Virus record (IMG/VR): IMGVR_UViG_3300045988_123612
Reading direction: 5' to 3' (one strand)
Origin: a virus
Length of the DNA: 64,000 bases
Shown: in pieces, positions 47,369-57,396 of the stretch
Numbering within the stretch: position 1 is the stretch's first letter
Layout: the number at the start of each line of letters is the position of its first letter
Made by a program: the position numbers and the translations under genes
Notes under the pieces: model-generated
Database searches by the model: none
What the model was told of the DNA's origin: nothing
The model's input: the letters and a program-made list of their open reading frames with translations, nothing else

Positions 47369-48031
47369 TCATTTCAGTTCTTTAATTAAAGCATCCGCAT
47401 ATATTACAGCTAATTCAGCCGCCTTATCACACGCTTCCAATATTAATTCACCGTGAGGTCCACGTCCTGATACGGATGTGATCGGAAGCATGGTTTTTGC
47501 CATCTCGTATCTACGTTGTTCCCAATCTACATGGGTGCTACACGGTTCTTGATTGACCTGTATATATCTTCCTTCAATATTAGAAGATCTTAATATTTCC
47601 GCATTCTCTTCGCCGAATGCAACCAGAATAGACCCACATCCTGGACTTTCACCTATTGTTCCATCTTCTCTGTGGAATTTTATCCTTCCTTTCATGAACA
47701 ATATACCTTTTGCTTTCGGGAATACAACATCCTGAAACATCTTATTGTCAAGACGATTAAAAAGAAGAGCTATTCCGTTATTGTGCTCTACCATACGAGT
47801 AATAAAATGCTCTATAGTCGGTCTTGAATAAGGTGGGTTTAACCATACCCTTCCTTCCCATTTTTGTTTTAATCCATCTTGCTCTTTGTTATACATAACC
47901 CTGGCTGTCCTCCATAACGGACGCATAGGCGCACATGGATCTAAATCAAATTCCCCTAAAGCGTCTATAATTTCTTTAGGTGTGTACCATTCATCTGTAC
48001 TGTTTTTAGATTTCTCAAATGATGTATTCAT
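47369..48031 (-). CDS. phage Dam-type DNA N6-adenine methyltransferase
   Basis: DEWYTPKEIIDALGEFDLDPCA and catalytic LNPPYS (NPPY) motif; 220 aa. Confidence 0.7.
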   Translation of the reverse strand: MNTSFEKSKNSTDEWYTPKEIIDALGEFDLDPCAPMRPLWRTARVMYNKEQDGLKQKWEGRVWLNPPYSRPTIEHFITRMVEHNNGIALLFNRLDNKMFQDVVFPKAKGILFMKGRIKFHREDGTIGESPGCGSILVAFGEENAEILRSSNIEGRYIQVNQEPCSTHVDWEQRRYEMAKTMLPITSVSGRGPHGELILEACDKAAELAVIYADALIKELK

Positions 48032-48049
48032 ATATCTATGTTTTATAAG

Positions 48050-48712
48050 TTAATCCCATCCTCCAGTAGTGTACAAAGATACATCTTCCTCCTCTACGTT
48101 TACACCTTTAATAGCCTGTAGAAGTTTTTTCTTTGTCTCCCGGCACATATTGTAACCATATCCTTTATACCGATATGAGCGCTCCCATGTGCTTACTGGA
48201 AAAGGAATATTTTCGTCAATGACCAGCCTCTTCATATGAAGATGTTCGAAGAATTTCTCATGATAGAGTAGTTTGTACTCGTATGCTACTATACTTGCAG
48301 ATGAGAATGGAAAATAATCATCTTCCTTTTCTTCGTATTTAGGCTCCTTATAGTAGGCCATTTTTGCTACAGTAAAGTCGAAGCTCCTGAGAATCTCTTC
48401 TGGCTTTCCAAACTCTGACTCTATGAACTCTATCCATGCCTTTTCTCCCTCTTTCTGGAACGCACATACCTTCTCATTTCTGTACTTAAATTTCCATCCT
48501 TCTTTCTGATGTTTTTCATCATTGAACAAATCAACAGCTTCCTGAAAATCGTCTTCGCTTTCAAAGAAAATATCAATATCTTTTACTCTTTCTCCGGAAA
48601 GGATATTCTTAAAACATCCACCAGCTATGAACCCCTTGTGACCTTCCATATATTTGTCAAGCCATCTTATTTGCCAGAAATTATCTGGAGTATCTATTAT
48701 AAAATTGTTCAT
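48050..48712 (-). CDS. Pol-beta-superfamily nucleotidyltransferase-like protein
   Basis: GGCFKNILSGERVKDIDIFF (G[GS]-x9-13-DxD NTase motif) with downstream acidic residue (SFDFTV). Confidence 0.4.
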   Translation of the reverse strand: MNNFIIDTPDNFWQIRWLDKYMEGHKGFIAGGCFKNILSGERVKDIDIFFESEDDFQEAVDLFNDEKHQKEGWKFKYRNEKVCAFQKEGEKAWIEFIESEFGKPEEILRSFDFTVAKMAYYKEPKYEEKEDDYFPFSSASIVAYEYKLLYHEKFFEHLHMKRLVIDENIPFPVSTWERSYRYKGYGYNMCRETKKKLLQAIKGVNVEEEDVSLYTTGGWD

Positions 48713-48730
48713 ATTGTTTGTATTTTACTG

Positions 48731-48985
48731 TCACCAAGCGAGATAAAAATTCCGCTTTACTATAACACAGTGGGTATAGTTATCCAGATCAACCCCATTT
48801 TCTTTGAATGTATCCAGAACCCTCTTTTCCACATGTTTCAATTTTACTATTATTCCCTTCCTAAACTCTTCTATTAACTTCCCGTTACATTCAATAGGCC
48901 CAATAAAACAGTACCTATTTGAAGAACTGTCACATATGCAATATGTATCACACCCAAACATATTGCTTAAAATATCCTCGTTCAT
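48731..48985 (-). CDS. hypothetical Cys-rich protein (84 aa)
   Basis: ORF in minus block. Confidence 0.35.
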   Translation of the reverse strand: MNEDILSNMFGCDTYCICDSSSNRYCFIGPIECNGKLIEEFRKGIIVKLKHVEKRVLDTFKENGVDLDNYTHCVIVKRNFYLAW

Positions 48986-49019
48986 AATTTCTCTATTGTT
49001 TTAATAATGATACTCTTTA

Positions 49020-49319
49020 TTATATTTCTTCTTCACACCATTCATCCTCCCCTATCAATTGTTTATAATATTCGCTATGCTCTATCGCCAAAACATCTTG
49101 AGACAAATATTCTTGTAGCTCCAATTTGCGCATTGGAGCAAGGCAATCCAGATGCTTAGTGTCCATTTCTTGCCTATCTTCATCTACCCACACCAACGTG
49201 TCGTATCCATAACATTCTGGACATTGGTCAGCTCCACGTGGAAGAAGCATTTGTACTCCACATTGAGTACATCTCACCCAGTCTCCATGCTGCACCCCTT
49301 CGTATGTTCTTGTTTTCAT
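49020..49319 (-). CDS. Zn-ribbon protein (99 aa)
   Basis: CTQCG...CPEC. Confidence 0.4.
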   Translation of the reverse strand: MKTRTYEGVQHGDWVRCTQCGVQMLLPRGADQCPECYGYDTLVWVDEDRQEMDTKHLDCLAPMRKLELQEYLSQDVLAIEHSEYYKQLIGEDEWCEEEI

Positions 49320-49321
49320 AT

Positions 49322-49516
49322 TTATTGTTTATCATTTATAACATTTACTTCTTCGCTCCACAAATGTCTCTTATATATCGGAGTGATGCCGATCAGAATA
49401 CCACTATCTTCGCCCCAATACTGAAGTGTTTTAGGCTCAATTTTATGATGCAATTCTTGTATTCCTCCTTTGTTTCTGTCATAAGGAGAAAAATCAGATA
49501 ATTTTACCGTTTTCAT
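49322..49516 (-). CDS. hypothetical protein (64 aa)
   Basis: 4-nt overlap with neighbour. Confidence 0.3.
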   Translation of the reverse strand: MKTVKLSDFSPYDRNKGGIQELHHKIEPKTLQYWGEDSGILIGITPIYKRHLWSEEVNVINDKQ

Positions 49517-50247
49517 TTTTCTGGATTTTCAGCAGTTCCTAAAAGATATTCATTGCCCTCAAAAGGAATGCAATAAACATACACTGTTCCATTCAAGCAT
49601 TCATATTTAATCTCCCCATCCTGATCGTCTGTAATTGTTCTTATGAATAAACTGGCCTCCCAATTATCGTCCTCATAATATTTTGCTAACACTTTGTCAA
49701 ACGGCTTAAACTCATATTTCGTCCTTTCTTCAATTCCGAAGAAGCGTTTTAGATATTCTTTTGCTTTAGGATTTTTGCTTTTCTTTAACGCTTTAATCAT
49801 CTTCTGTTTTTCCGAATCTGTTGCAAATCTATAACATTCTATGTGGTTTTCGTGTGCAGCCAAATTATCCGATATATTAAGACTTTTTCCCGCTGCAAGA
49901 CTCGCATAAAAAGATGTTAAATATTTCCCATGCGTATTTAAAATAAAAATATAACTTCCATCTTTGCTGCTTAACACATCTCCATCTTTAAATGTAGTAT
50001 ATTCCGGGACTTCAAGAAGGAGGCGATTTTCGCTGCTAAATGCTTTTCCTGTAGCAGAAAACCAATCTGCCGATACAGAAATAGAATGAATTACAACCAA
50101 TAACGGACAAATTGACGAATTGTCTTCATATACTATTTCTGCTCTATTTCGTCCTTTCTCTGTCACAATCTGACCTACTCTTTCCCCTATGTTTATTTTT
50201 TTCGCCGTTTCTAAATCAAACGGGATTGTTACCATTTTATATTCCAT
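49513..50247 (-). CDS. hypothetical protein, tandem paralogue A (244 aa)
   Basis: Shares IPFDLETAKKI, FKPFDKVLA, YECLNGTVYVYCIPFEGNEYLLGT with adjacent ORF. Confidence 0.5.
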   Translation of the reverse strand: MEYKMVTIPFDLETAKKINIGERVGQIVTEKGRNRAEIVYEDNSSICPLLVVIHSISVSADWFSATGKAFSSENRLLLEVPEYTTFKDGDVLSSKDGSYIFILNTHGKYLTSFYASLAAGKSLNISDNLAAHENHIECYRFATDSEKQKMIKALKKSKNPKAKEYLKRFFGIEERTKYEFKPFDKVLAKYYEDDNWEASLFIRTITDDQDGEIKYECLNGTVYVYCIPFEGNEYLLGTAENPEK

Positions 50248-50251
50248 AATC

Positions 50252-50992
50252 TTATTTGTTTTTATTGGTTCCTAAAAGATGTTCGTTCCCTTCGTATGGG
50301 ATACACTGACTAAATCCTACCCCTCCTAAGCATTCGTATTTATTATCTCCTACTGATTCTCTGGAAAATAGATGCAATTTCCACCTCTCTTGGTTAGTTC
50401 TTCTCACCAGCACTCGTTCAAATGGTTTGAAGTCACGTTTCGGCATCTCATCTAATAGATACTCATATTCACTTAAATATCGTTTTATTATATCTATTTT
50501 TCTACTGTCTTCGGCTTTTATAATCTTTTCTGCTAAAAATTTCTTCTCTTCTTCTATAGCCTTTCTTACATGCCGTTTTTTATCTTCATCATACACATCA
50601 GTCCATAATCCGCTATGATCAAACTTAATATCTCCAGATGTTACCATTCCACATATACTTCCCATTACCCCTTTGGTAATAAGTCCATCATATATAAATT
50701 GACATCCTTTAGTGCTTGTTAATACATCTCCTTTCTTAAAATACGCTCCAGCCTCTACCCTCAATTCCAGAGTGGTGCCGCCAATAATACAACCTTCCGT
50801 GTTGGCATATATAGCACTTATCCCATATCCATCTTTTTTTACAAAAAGCAAATTATAAGGACCCGCACAGTCTTTCGACTCATATACAAATTCTATTTCA
50901 ATATTATCAATTAATACCGAACCTTCTATTTCTCCGCTTTTAATTTTTCTCGCCGTATTTAAATCAAACGGAATAATAATTGCATTTTCCAT
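50252..50992 (-). CDS. hypothetical protein, tandem paralogue B
   Basis: IPFDLNTARKI, FKPFERVLV, YECLGGVGFSQCIPYEGNEHLLGT; start taken at MENAIII (track ORF starts 51 nt upstream). Confidence 0.45.
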   Translation of the reverse strand: MENAIIIPFDLNTARKIKSGEIEGSVLIDNIEIEFVYESKDCAGPYNLLFVKKDGYGISAIYANTEGCIIGGTTLELRVEAGAYFKKGDVLTSTKGCQFIYDGLITKGVMGSICGMVTSGDIKFDHSGLWTDVYDEDKKRHVRKAIEEEKKFLAEKIIKAEDSRKIDIIKRYLSEYEYLLDEMPKRDFKPFERVLVRRTNQERWKLHLFSRESVGDNKYECLGGVGFSQCIPYEGNEHLLGTNKNK

Positions 50993-51033
50993 ATTTTTCT
51001 TGTTTTTAGTTGTTATAAAATAAGATGGGTTAC

Positions 51034-52098
51034 TTACGCCCATCCCAGTTGCTTTGCAATACTTTCCATCTCACTATACGCAATACGATGACATCCGGCT
51101 GTCAGTATATCGTTTTCATACCGGTTTATGCTCCACTTATTGCCACCCACGTCCTCTACCAGGCCATGCCGGAACTGGCCTCCCCGGTGCAACAGTGACA
51201 CCATCTGCCACATCCTTCTGGCTTCTTCTATCCCGATTTTTATTTGTTTGCTCGTTTCAATAATTCCCCCTTTTATGCGCATCCAAGCATTTACGTCAGC
51301 ACAATCAATAAAATAATATGAATGCAAGAAATTAAGTTCTCCCGACTTCCATTTTTCTAATTTTTCATAAAAATCCTTACGAAATTTGTCTAATTCTTCT
51401 TCCCTTGCCCTTCGCTTTTTTTCCTGTTTTGCTTCTATATTTATTCTATATTTTTCAACTCTTTCCCGATATTTCAACCAAGTTCCTTCACCACAAACTT
51501 CATCTACAATCACAATAACGGTTCCAAGGACTTCCAGTGCTTGATGATTCAATAATATCTGGAAAACACGTTTCAACTCACGGACATGTTCACGTTTAAT
51601 CTTATCTGATTTCCATGATAATTCATGGTTAGTTCCAAGCCATTCGTTTGCGCTCTTTTTAAGAAGACGCCGGGGAGTCCCCATATCGAAGAACTCAATA
51701 TAATCCATCAGATTTTTAAAATTCCCCCAAACATCCCGATAAGACAATTCGGTTCTGGCTTTCTTGTATTTTTCAATAGCATCTTTAATACATTCCAACA
51801 TATTGGTAACAAAGAGCATGTTACCGATACAATATGATATATTACATTCAACATAGAACACCTTTGAGCCAGTTGGTATTGCTTCACGAACATAATATTG
51901 ATGCTTGCTTGTAGTAGAAGAATAGTATGTATCATTAATCAAATACGCCTTTTCTCCACGCTTGTTTCGCACGATTCTTCCGACCTCAAAATGTCTTCCA
52001 TAGGAGTAAATACTTTCACCTTCAAAATAGAAATTACTACCATTTGCAGATTCTTGCTTTTCGTTTGCCCACAAGTGAGCAACCATTGAATTGTTCAT
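51034..52098 (-). CDS. hypothetical protein (354 aa)
   Basis: ORF in minus block. Confidence 0.45.
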   Translation of the reverse strand: MNNSMVAHLWANEKQESANGSNFYFEGESIYSYGRHFEVGRIVRNKRGEKAYLINDTYYSSTTSKHQYYVREAIPTGSKVFYVECNISYCIGNMLFVTNMLECIKDAIEKYKKARTELSYRDVWGNFKNLMDYIEFFDMGTPRRLLKKSANEWLGTNHELSWKSDKIKREHVRELKRVFQILLNHQALEVLGTVIVIVDEVCGEGTWLKYRERVEKYRINIEAKQEKKRRAREEELDKFRKDFYEKLEKWKSGELNFLHSYYFIDCADVNAWMRIKGGIIETSKQIKIGIEEARRMWQMVSLLHRGGQFRHGLVEDVGGNKWSINRYENDILTAGCHRIAYSEMESIAKQLGWA

Positions 52099-52110
52099 AT
52101 AAATATCTTT

Positions 52111-52401
52111 TTAATTGTTTAACTTACCTTTATCATATGACATTCTTTTTTCGTATTTTTCAATACGTTCGGTTATCATATCGCAGAAAATTTGCCCCTC
52201 TTTTTCGGAACCTCTGAAGTAACCAATCATCTTCAGGATATTCCCGTTAAACTCATGGACAAACTTATTGTAATAATGTTCTCCCATAACTTTCCCGTAT
52301 TTTTCTATGAACAAATCCTTGTCCAACGATTCATCTTTAAAACAACGGTTGTAATCCCATATTACGACACGAAGTAACGTTTCAAAATCCAACCTTTCCA
52401 T
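52111..52401 (-). CDS. hypothetical protein (96 aa)
   Basis: ORF in minus block. Confidence 0.4.
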   Translation of the reverse strand: MERLDFETLLRVVIWDYNRCFKDESLDKDLFIEKYGKVMGEHYYNKFVHEFNGNILKMIGYFRGSEKEGQIFCDMITERIEKYEKRMSYDKGKLNN

Positions 52402-52409
52402 ATCCTGTA

Positions 52410-53306
52410 TTATTTAAGTTCAAACTTGATGCCTTCCGGCAACTGAGAGCGGTCTACGTTATTCACAAAATCATCAAACTCTTCCTGTGTGATTTTTCCT
52501 CCATAATCGTTCCAGTTGAAAAATAAAGTGTTCGTGTGAGGATAATATATAACATTATTAATTGGCAATCCATAATCAAACACACAGAGTATTATCTTCT
52601 TTTCTGCTTCTGCTTGTCTGATTTTTTTATCGTATCGCTCACAAATTTCAGCACGTTTTGCCGCCATCTTTGCTTTATGGGCTTCCACTCTGCGTTTCTC
52701 TATATTTTCTGAGGAATAATGCCCGGCTTTAATACGCTCTTCAATAAGAGATCGTTCCTCGTCCGTTAGTGTTAAAACAAATCTTTCTTCTTCCGGCTTA
52801 TATGGATTAACCCACTTCTTTCCACACAATTTTTCAAGTTCCGCAATAAGCTCTTCTGATTCTCTTTTCCATCTATCCACAATCCCAAGATTGAAAAGCT
52901 GATACTTGAAATACAACTCATCCTCAGAGGCTTTATATAATTCTGCGCATTCTTGTTCTGATATACGCAAATACTCCATTGCTACAGACATGCCACTTCT
53001 TCTAACGTGATATATGCCATTTTCCACCGGATACATAGGAGCACCATAATGGTTACAAAGATGCAACGATATGAATTTTGCCAATTCCGGAAAATGTTTT
53101 GCAACTTCATCGTGACAGCAGCCTCCCATATACTCCTTGTATTGTCCACGTTGATTTTTCCATCTAACATCGGCTGTTACTCTCCAGTCACACATATTGT
53201 TATGACAATCATCATCTAAAGATACTGTGACTGTTATTCTGTATTCTTCTTTGTTTTCTGTAAAGAATTTTGTACTTAAATAAGTTAGTTTGTTTGCAGT
53301 TTCCAT
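52410..53306 (-). CDS. hypothetical Cys/His-containing protein (298 aa)
   Basis: ORF in minus block. Confidence 0.45.
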   Translation of the reverse strand: METANKLTYLSTKFFTENKEEYRITVTVSLDDDCHNNMCDWRVTADVRWKNQRGQYKEYMGGCCHDEVAKHFPELAKFISLHLCNHYGAPMYPVENGIYHVRRSGMSVAMEYLRISEQECAELYKASEDELYFKYQLFNLGIVDRWKRESEELIAELEKLCGKKWVNPYKPEEERFVLTLTDEERSLIEERIKAGHYSSENIEKRRVEAHKAKMAAKRAEICERYDKKIRQAEAEKKIILCVFDYGLPINNVIYYPHTNTLFFNWNDYGGKITQEEFDDFVNNVDRSQLPEGIKFELK

Positions 53307-53317
53307 ATTATTTTAGT

Positions 53318-53572
53318 TTAATCATTACACTTATGAAAAATAAAATCTGCACACTCTCCGGGAAGTGTTCCTGCGTCATTACAACGGTAAAACCCTTGTG
53401 TTTCCAAATCTACATCTACCGGATAACCTTCTGCTTTTTTCAAAAAAGCATCTATTTCCTGTATTTCTTCTTCAGACAGTCCTGAATAATCACCGTTTAT
53501 CAGAGCGCAAGCCCAATAAATCGGAAGCCTGTATCTTATTATTTCTATCATACCACCTTCGTTTATACGCAT
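53318..53572 (-). CDS. hypothetical protein (84 aa)
   Basis: ORF in minus block. Confidence 0.35.
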   Translation of the reverse strand: MRINEGGMIEIIRYRLPIYWACALINGDYSGLSEEEIQEIDAFLKKAEGYPVDVDLETQGFYRCNDAGTLPGECADFIFHKCND

Positions 53573-53869
53573 TCTATTATATCCACATCATCAATTTGAG
53601 CAACCTGTACACCTTCGTCGTTTTCTATGATATATACATTAACTGCAAAAGGCGAACAGAAACCATTTTTTGATTCTCCTCCAGTGATGGGATTATTATC
53701 CTCATCTAACCCACCCCATACCTCAAAATGATATTTTCCGAAATCAAAATAAGAGAACCAGACATTATTGTCTTCATGTATTTCAATCTCTTTTTTATCT
53801 ATTTTGTAATTATGTTTACACCCACCATATTTAAATGATATGGTTATATATTTATCAAATTCTTTTATT

Positions 53870-54262
53870 TTATATCTTCATTAGTCTGCAATTTGCATCT
53901 TCAAATACCGGAATCATCCCTTGTTCTCTAAAATAAGCAGTGGCCACTTTAAAAGCATACAGCGGATTTACTTTCTGGATTTCCCGCTGTGATTTGTAGA
54001 AAGATAACGGTTGACATACATAGAAGTTTTCATTGCCAAGACTCCCAAAAAGCCAATCCATACTACCTTCATCACAATTAGTGCCACCCAGTATTATTAA
54101 ATCACATCCGGTCTTTCTGGTTCCAAGAATAAATATCTTATTCTTGTTTTTCGGTTGCATAAATATCTCCTTGTCGATTTTAAACCAGTCACTCTGGCAA
54201 CTCTCCACATCCCGACGAACGATTTCGTCAATTTCACGGGCATATTCTTCTTGGGTTTTCAT
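53870..54262 (-). CDS. hypothetical protein (130 aa)
   Basis: ORF; preceded by ~300-nt gap with no long minus ORF. Confidence 0.4.
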   Translation of the reverse strand: MKTQEEYAREIDEIVRRDVESCQSDWFKIDKEIFMQPKNKNKIFILGTRKTGCDLIILGGTNCDEGSMDWLFGSLGNENFYVCQPLSFYKSQREIQKVNPLYAFKVATAYFREQGMIPVFEDANCRLMKI

Positions 54263-54299
54263 AAGATATGTTATTAAAAATGATAACTAAATATGTTTC

Positions 54300-54713
54300 T
54301 TAAAAGAAACTCCAACAAAATGTTACGATAAATTCTCCCATTCCGTATTCAGCAAGTTGCTTAAACGATTCTATCCCATTGCAGTAACAAAAAACATCAT
54401 CATTGTCATCATCGTTGATGTTCAATGATAGTTTCATTGTCTTTCTTTGTTCATCTCCTGTCTCTTTCCGTACAATCTGACATTCTACGTATTCAGGCTC
54501 CTTCCCTGTTCTTTCTACAAATTCATGAAACCTTAAATCAATTTCATGTTTGACTTCTTCAATGTTGGATATTATCACCTCGTTTTCACAATTCGAGCAA
54601 ATAGCATGCATAAAAGATCCATCAAAATAATCTATTATTTTTCCGGTATTCGGATTTACTATGGCTTCACAAGCAACATTTGTTCCACCACATCTTGTAC
54701 ATATATATCCCAT
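54300..54713 (-). CDS. Zn-ribbon protein (137 aa)
   Basis: CTRCG...C and CSNCEN. Confidence 0.4.
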   Translation of the reverse strand: MGYICTRCGGTNVACEAIVNPNTGKIIDYFDGSFMHAICSNCENEVIISNIEEVKHEIDLRFHEFVERTGKEPEYVECQIVRKETGDEQRKTMKLSLNINDDDNDDVFCYCNGIESFKQLAEYGMGEFIVTFCWSFF

Positions 54714-54856
54714 AATTATCTGTTTTTAAAATGTTCAACAATTTCATCTACTGTAGCCTTACGCCACGCAAAGCAGGCCCCGTCTCCCCTGAACCGGAGC
54801 TCTTCGCACTTTCCCACCTGTCTCCTGTGGCGTCCGTCACTATCAGCCATTATAAC

Positions 54857-55666
54857 CTATTCTTCTAAATCATTCTCTATCATAACTTCCTTTATCAATT
54901 CATCTGTCTCCTCGTAACATCCCCAGCAAGAATCAACCTCTTCCCATTCTTCACAATCTTCATCCTCTCTTGATTCGTCTTTGTATTTCTTGGTAAATGC
55001 TACCTTCTTTTCAAGAACGTACCCTTTTACATCTCCCCACATCCACATACCTATGGACTTTACTTCATTATCTATAATTTTGGCACAATCTTCTTTCCAG
55101 TCTCCTTCCTTATCGCAGACTTCATTATCATATTTTTCTTTTGTAACGTATGCTATCCCTTTTATATAATCACCTTGACTATAACCCCTTGTTGACCACT
55201 CTATAGCCACCACATCTTTTCCATATTTGGATATGATATCTAACAAATCTTCGTCATCCAGATCCTCTATTAATTCCCCTCTGCAATCAAAGTCCGTCAA
55301 ATCACTTGGAAAAAACTCTTGACCTATATATGGACTTGTCTTATGCTTCAACTCCCATACATTGCTACCTCTGTTGTATGTGAATGAGATCCCATTCGCT
55401 TCCCCTTTCTTTAAATATTTTACAATGTCTTTCTGTTCTATATGCTTCATTACAATAGCATCAATAACATCTCTAAGATTATGCTTGTTATCGTAGAAGA
55501 AAGTTTTCCAATTGCATTCATCATGCAATCGATGCATATCAGAGTATTCAAAAAAGAATGACCCAAACAAACCCCAATTAGTTATAGGGCATTCTGAATC
55601 ATGGCAATAATACACTTTAATGCGATAATCGCCTACTTCTTTTGTTGTAATAAGATCGTCTTCCAT
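54857..55666 (-). CDS. hypothetical protein (269 aa)
   Basis: ORF in minus block. Confidence 0.45.
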   Translation of the reverse strand: MEDDLITTKEVGDYRIKVYYCHDSECPITNWGLFGSFFFEYSDMHRLHDECNWKTFFYDNKHNLRDVIDAIVMKHIEQKDIVKYLKKGEANGISFTYNRGSNVWELKHKTSPYIGQEFFPSDLTDFDCRGELIEDLDDEDLLDIISKYGKDVVAIEWSTRGYSQGDYIKGIAYVTKEKYDNEVCDKEGDWKEDCAKIIDNEVKSIGMWMWGDVKGYVLEKKVAFTKKYKDESREDEDCEEWEEVDSCWGCYEETDELIKEVMIENDLEE

Positions 55667-55677
55667 GTCTTTATATT

Positions 55678-56130
55678 TTAAATAGTTCTTAATTTTTCTT
55701 CGATAAATTCATCTATTACATCATAGTATGAGCCATCAAAATCCCCATATTTCTCTGTAAACTCTTTAGTCCACTCTTGAATGATGGCAAATGCCTCTTC
55801 CCTGCTACATTCTTTTAATCCCATTAGATCATCCACGGCTATCACCGACATCTCTTGCAGATTTCGTAAATAATTCAAATCTATGCTATATGGTAGCTTG
55901 CCTACTTCTATACATACATAATGACCTTGTTTAAAGGCATCCTGCAAGTCTTCAAGACTCTCTATCAATGACTCAGACTCATCATCTATTCTTATCTTGT
56001 ATAACTCAAAATCTTCATTTTCTGCCGACACCCATATCTTATAGGCTTTTTCGTTGGACAATCTTTTCCAAACAAATCCGTCACTGAATACAATTAGGCT
56101 ACCTGTTACTATCGTATTTTTCATAACCAC
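55678..56130 (-). CDS. hypothetical acidic protein (150 aa)
   Basis: ORF in minus block. Confidence 0.4.
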   Translation of the reverse strand: MVMKNTIVTGSLIVFSDGFVWKRLSNEKAYKIWVSAENEDFELYKIRIDDESESLIESLEDLQDAFKQGHYVCIEVGKLPYSIDLNYLRNLQEMSVIAVDDLMGLKECSREEAFAIIQEWTKEFTEKYGDFDGSYYDVIDEFIEEKLRTI

Positions 56131-56132
56131 TT

Positions 56133-56447
56133 TTAATCTGTTATTCTGTAATAATAATCAAGTTCTTCTCCCTTAAAGTTGTTCATGGCATACTCGTCAG
56201 CTTCTCGCCACAACCGGTCATACAATGCAGCCAGTTCGCGATCACCTTCATAATGCTGCCAGATTTTATGATTCAATACAAGCGTTAATTCCGTGAAAAA
56301 CTTATAATCATCTTTCCATTCATTAAACGCACGTCTGTAGGTATCCTTGACACCTGCTATACCATACTTGTCGGCTATGCTGAAATCTTCCCAAAAGGTA
56401 GTCATTAGGTTATAGCCCACTTCTTTCATAAATTCTTTGAATGTCAT
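56133..56447 (-). CDS. hypothetical protein (104 aa)
   Basis: ORF in minus block. Confidence 0.4.
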   Translation of the reverse strand: MTFKEFMKEVGYNLMTTFWEDFSIADKYGIAGVKDTYRRAFNEWKDDYKFFTELTLVLNHKIWQHYEGDRELAALYDRLWREADEYAMNNFKGEELDYYYRITD

Positions 56448-56478
56448 AAGCTATTATTTTAGGTATATAATTACCTCA

Positions 56479-56769
56479 TTAAATTTTTGAATTGTCATAT
56501 AATTCCCCTGAATATGGACTGTATATTGTTCCGGCTTCCACCGCTCCAGGTTCTACCGCCATCAGTCCTACACCTACTTCATAATACAGTTCAAGATCTA
56601 TTGGCTCCATCGCCATCCTCTCAGCTTCTTTCTTGCTAAGACCTGAAAGCATTAAACATTTCACCTTATTTGCGTACGCAATAGGATACTCTTCTGGAGT
56701 TAATCTTATTAAGACTACTTCTGCTTCTTCTGCGCTGTTAAGTTTTAATTCGTTTCCCATTTTATGCAT
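56479..56769 (-). CDS. hypothetical protein (96 aa)
   Basis: ORF in minus block. Confidence 0.4.
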   Translation of the reverse strand: MHKMGNELKLNSAEEAEVVLIRLTPEEYPIAYANKVKCLMLSGLSKKEAERMAMEPIDLELYYEVGVGLMAVEPGAVEAGTIYSPYSGELYDNSKI

Positions 56770-56813
56770 TGTTTTCGCTGTTCACTATCTGACTAATGTA
56801 CGGTCCTGGTCAC

Positions 56814-56867
56814 GAACAGCCAGGCCGACCTCATGGCAGGGCAGGCGTCGCCTTACCCTGGCTGTTC
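56814..56867. repeat. GC-rich palindromic element (11-bp perfect inverted repeat, 32-nt spacer)
   Basis: GAACAGCCAGG (56814-56824) / CCTGGCTGTTC (56857-56867); about 65 percent GC in an AT-rich region. Confidence 0.6.
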
Positions 56868-57041
56868 TACCCACTCCCTGTACCCTACATTAAAACCAAT
56901 AGGATCATACCTTTTGATCATAGTGCCATAATTCTCTCTACCGCAATACCTGTTCTTTCCTCCAATAACCCATGCTTCATCGTCTCTATCTGGAGATATG
57001 GAGTTAAGAAACTTCTCATAATCTTTTCTACTCTTTCCCAT
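56853..57041 (-). CDS. small ORF (62 aa)
   Basis: 3' end overlaps the GC-rich palindrome. Confidence 0.25.
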   Translation of the reverse strand: MGKSRKDYEKFLNSISPDRDDEAWVIGGKNRYCGRENYGTMIKRYDPIGFNVGYREWVEQPG

Positions 57042-57396
57042 CTTTGTCTTGATTTAAACAATAGTTAATAAAATAAGCAACCTGTTCATTTTCCCCTGTA
57101 TTATCATAATCACCTAAAGTCATATCATCATAATCCAGCAGAACTATACGAAAATCGTTTTTTTTGACATACACTTCTGTTAAATACATAGGAATCCCAG
57201 CAATTTCTATTATCACCGGAAACTGATCATCGAAGTCAAACGCATCATTAGTTTCTTTAAACTCTTTAAATTCTTTGAATTTTAGCTTTATACTTCCACC
57301 GTTCTCCACTAATGCCTCTTTGATGTACTTTAATCTTTTTGCATTCAGATCAATCTCTGCTTTTTCTATTTCTTTGTACAATTCATTCAGATCCAT
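57028..57396 (-). CDS. hypothetical acidic protein (122 aa)
   Basis: ORF in minus block. Confidence 0.4.
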   Translation of the reverse strand: MDLNELYKEIEKAEIDLNAKRLKYIKEALVENGGSIKLKFKEFKEFKETNDAFDFDDQFPVIIEIAGIPMYLTEVYVKKNDFRIVLLDYDDMTLGDYDNTGENEQVAYFINYCLNQDKDGKE

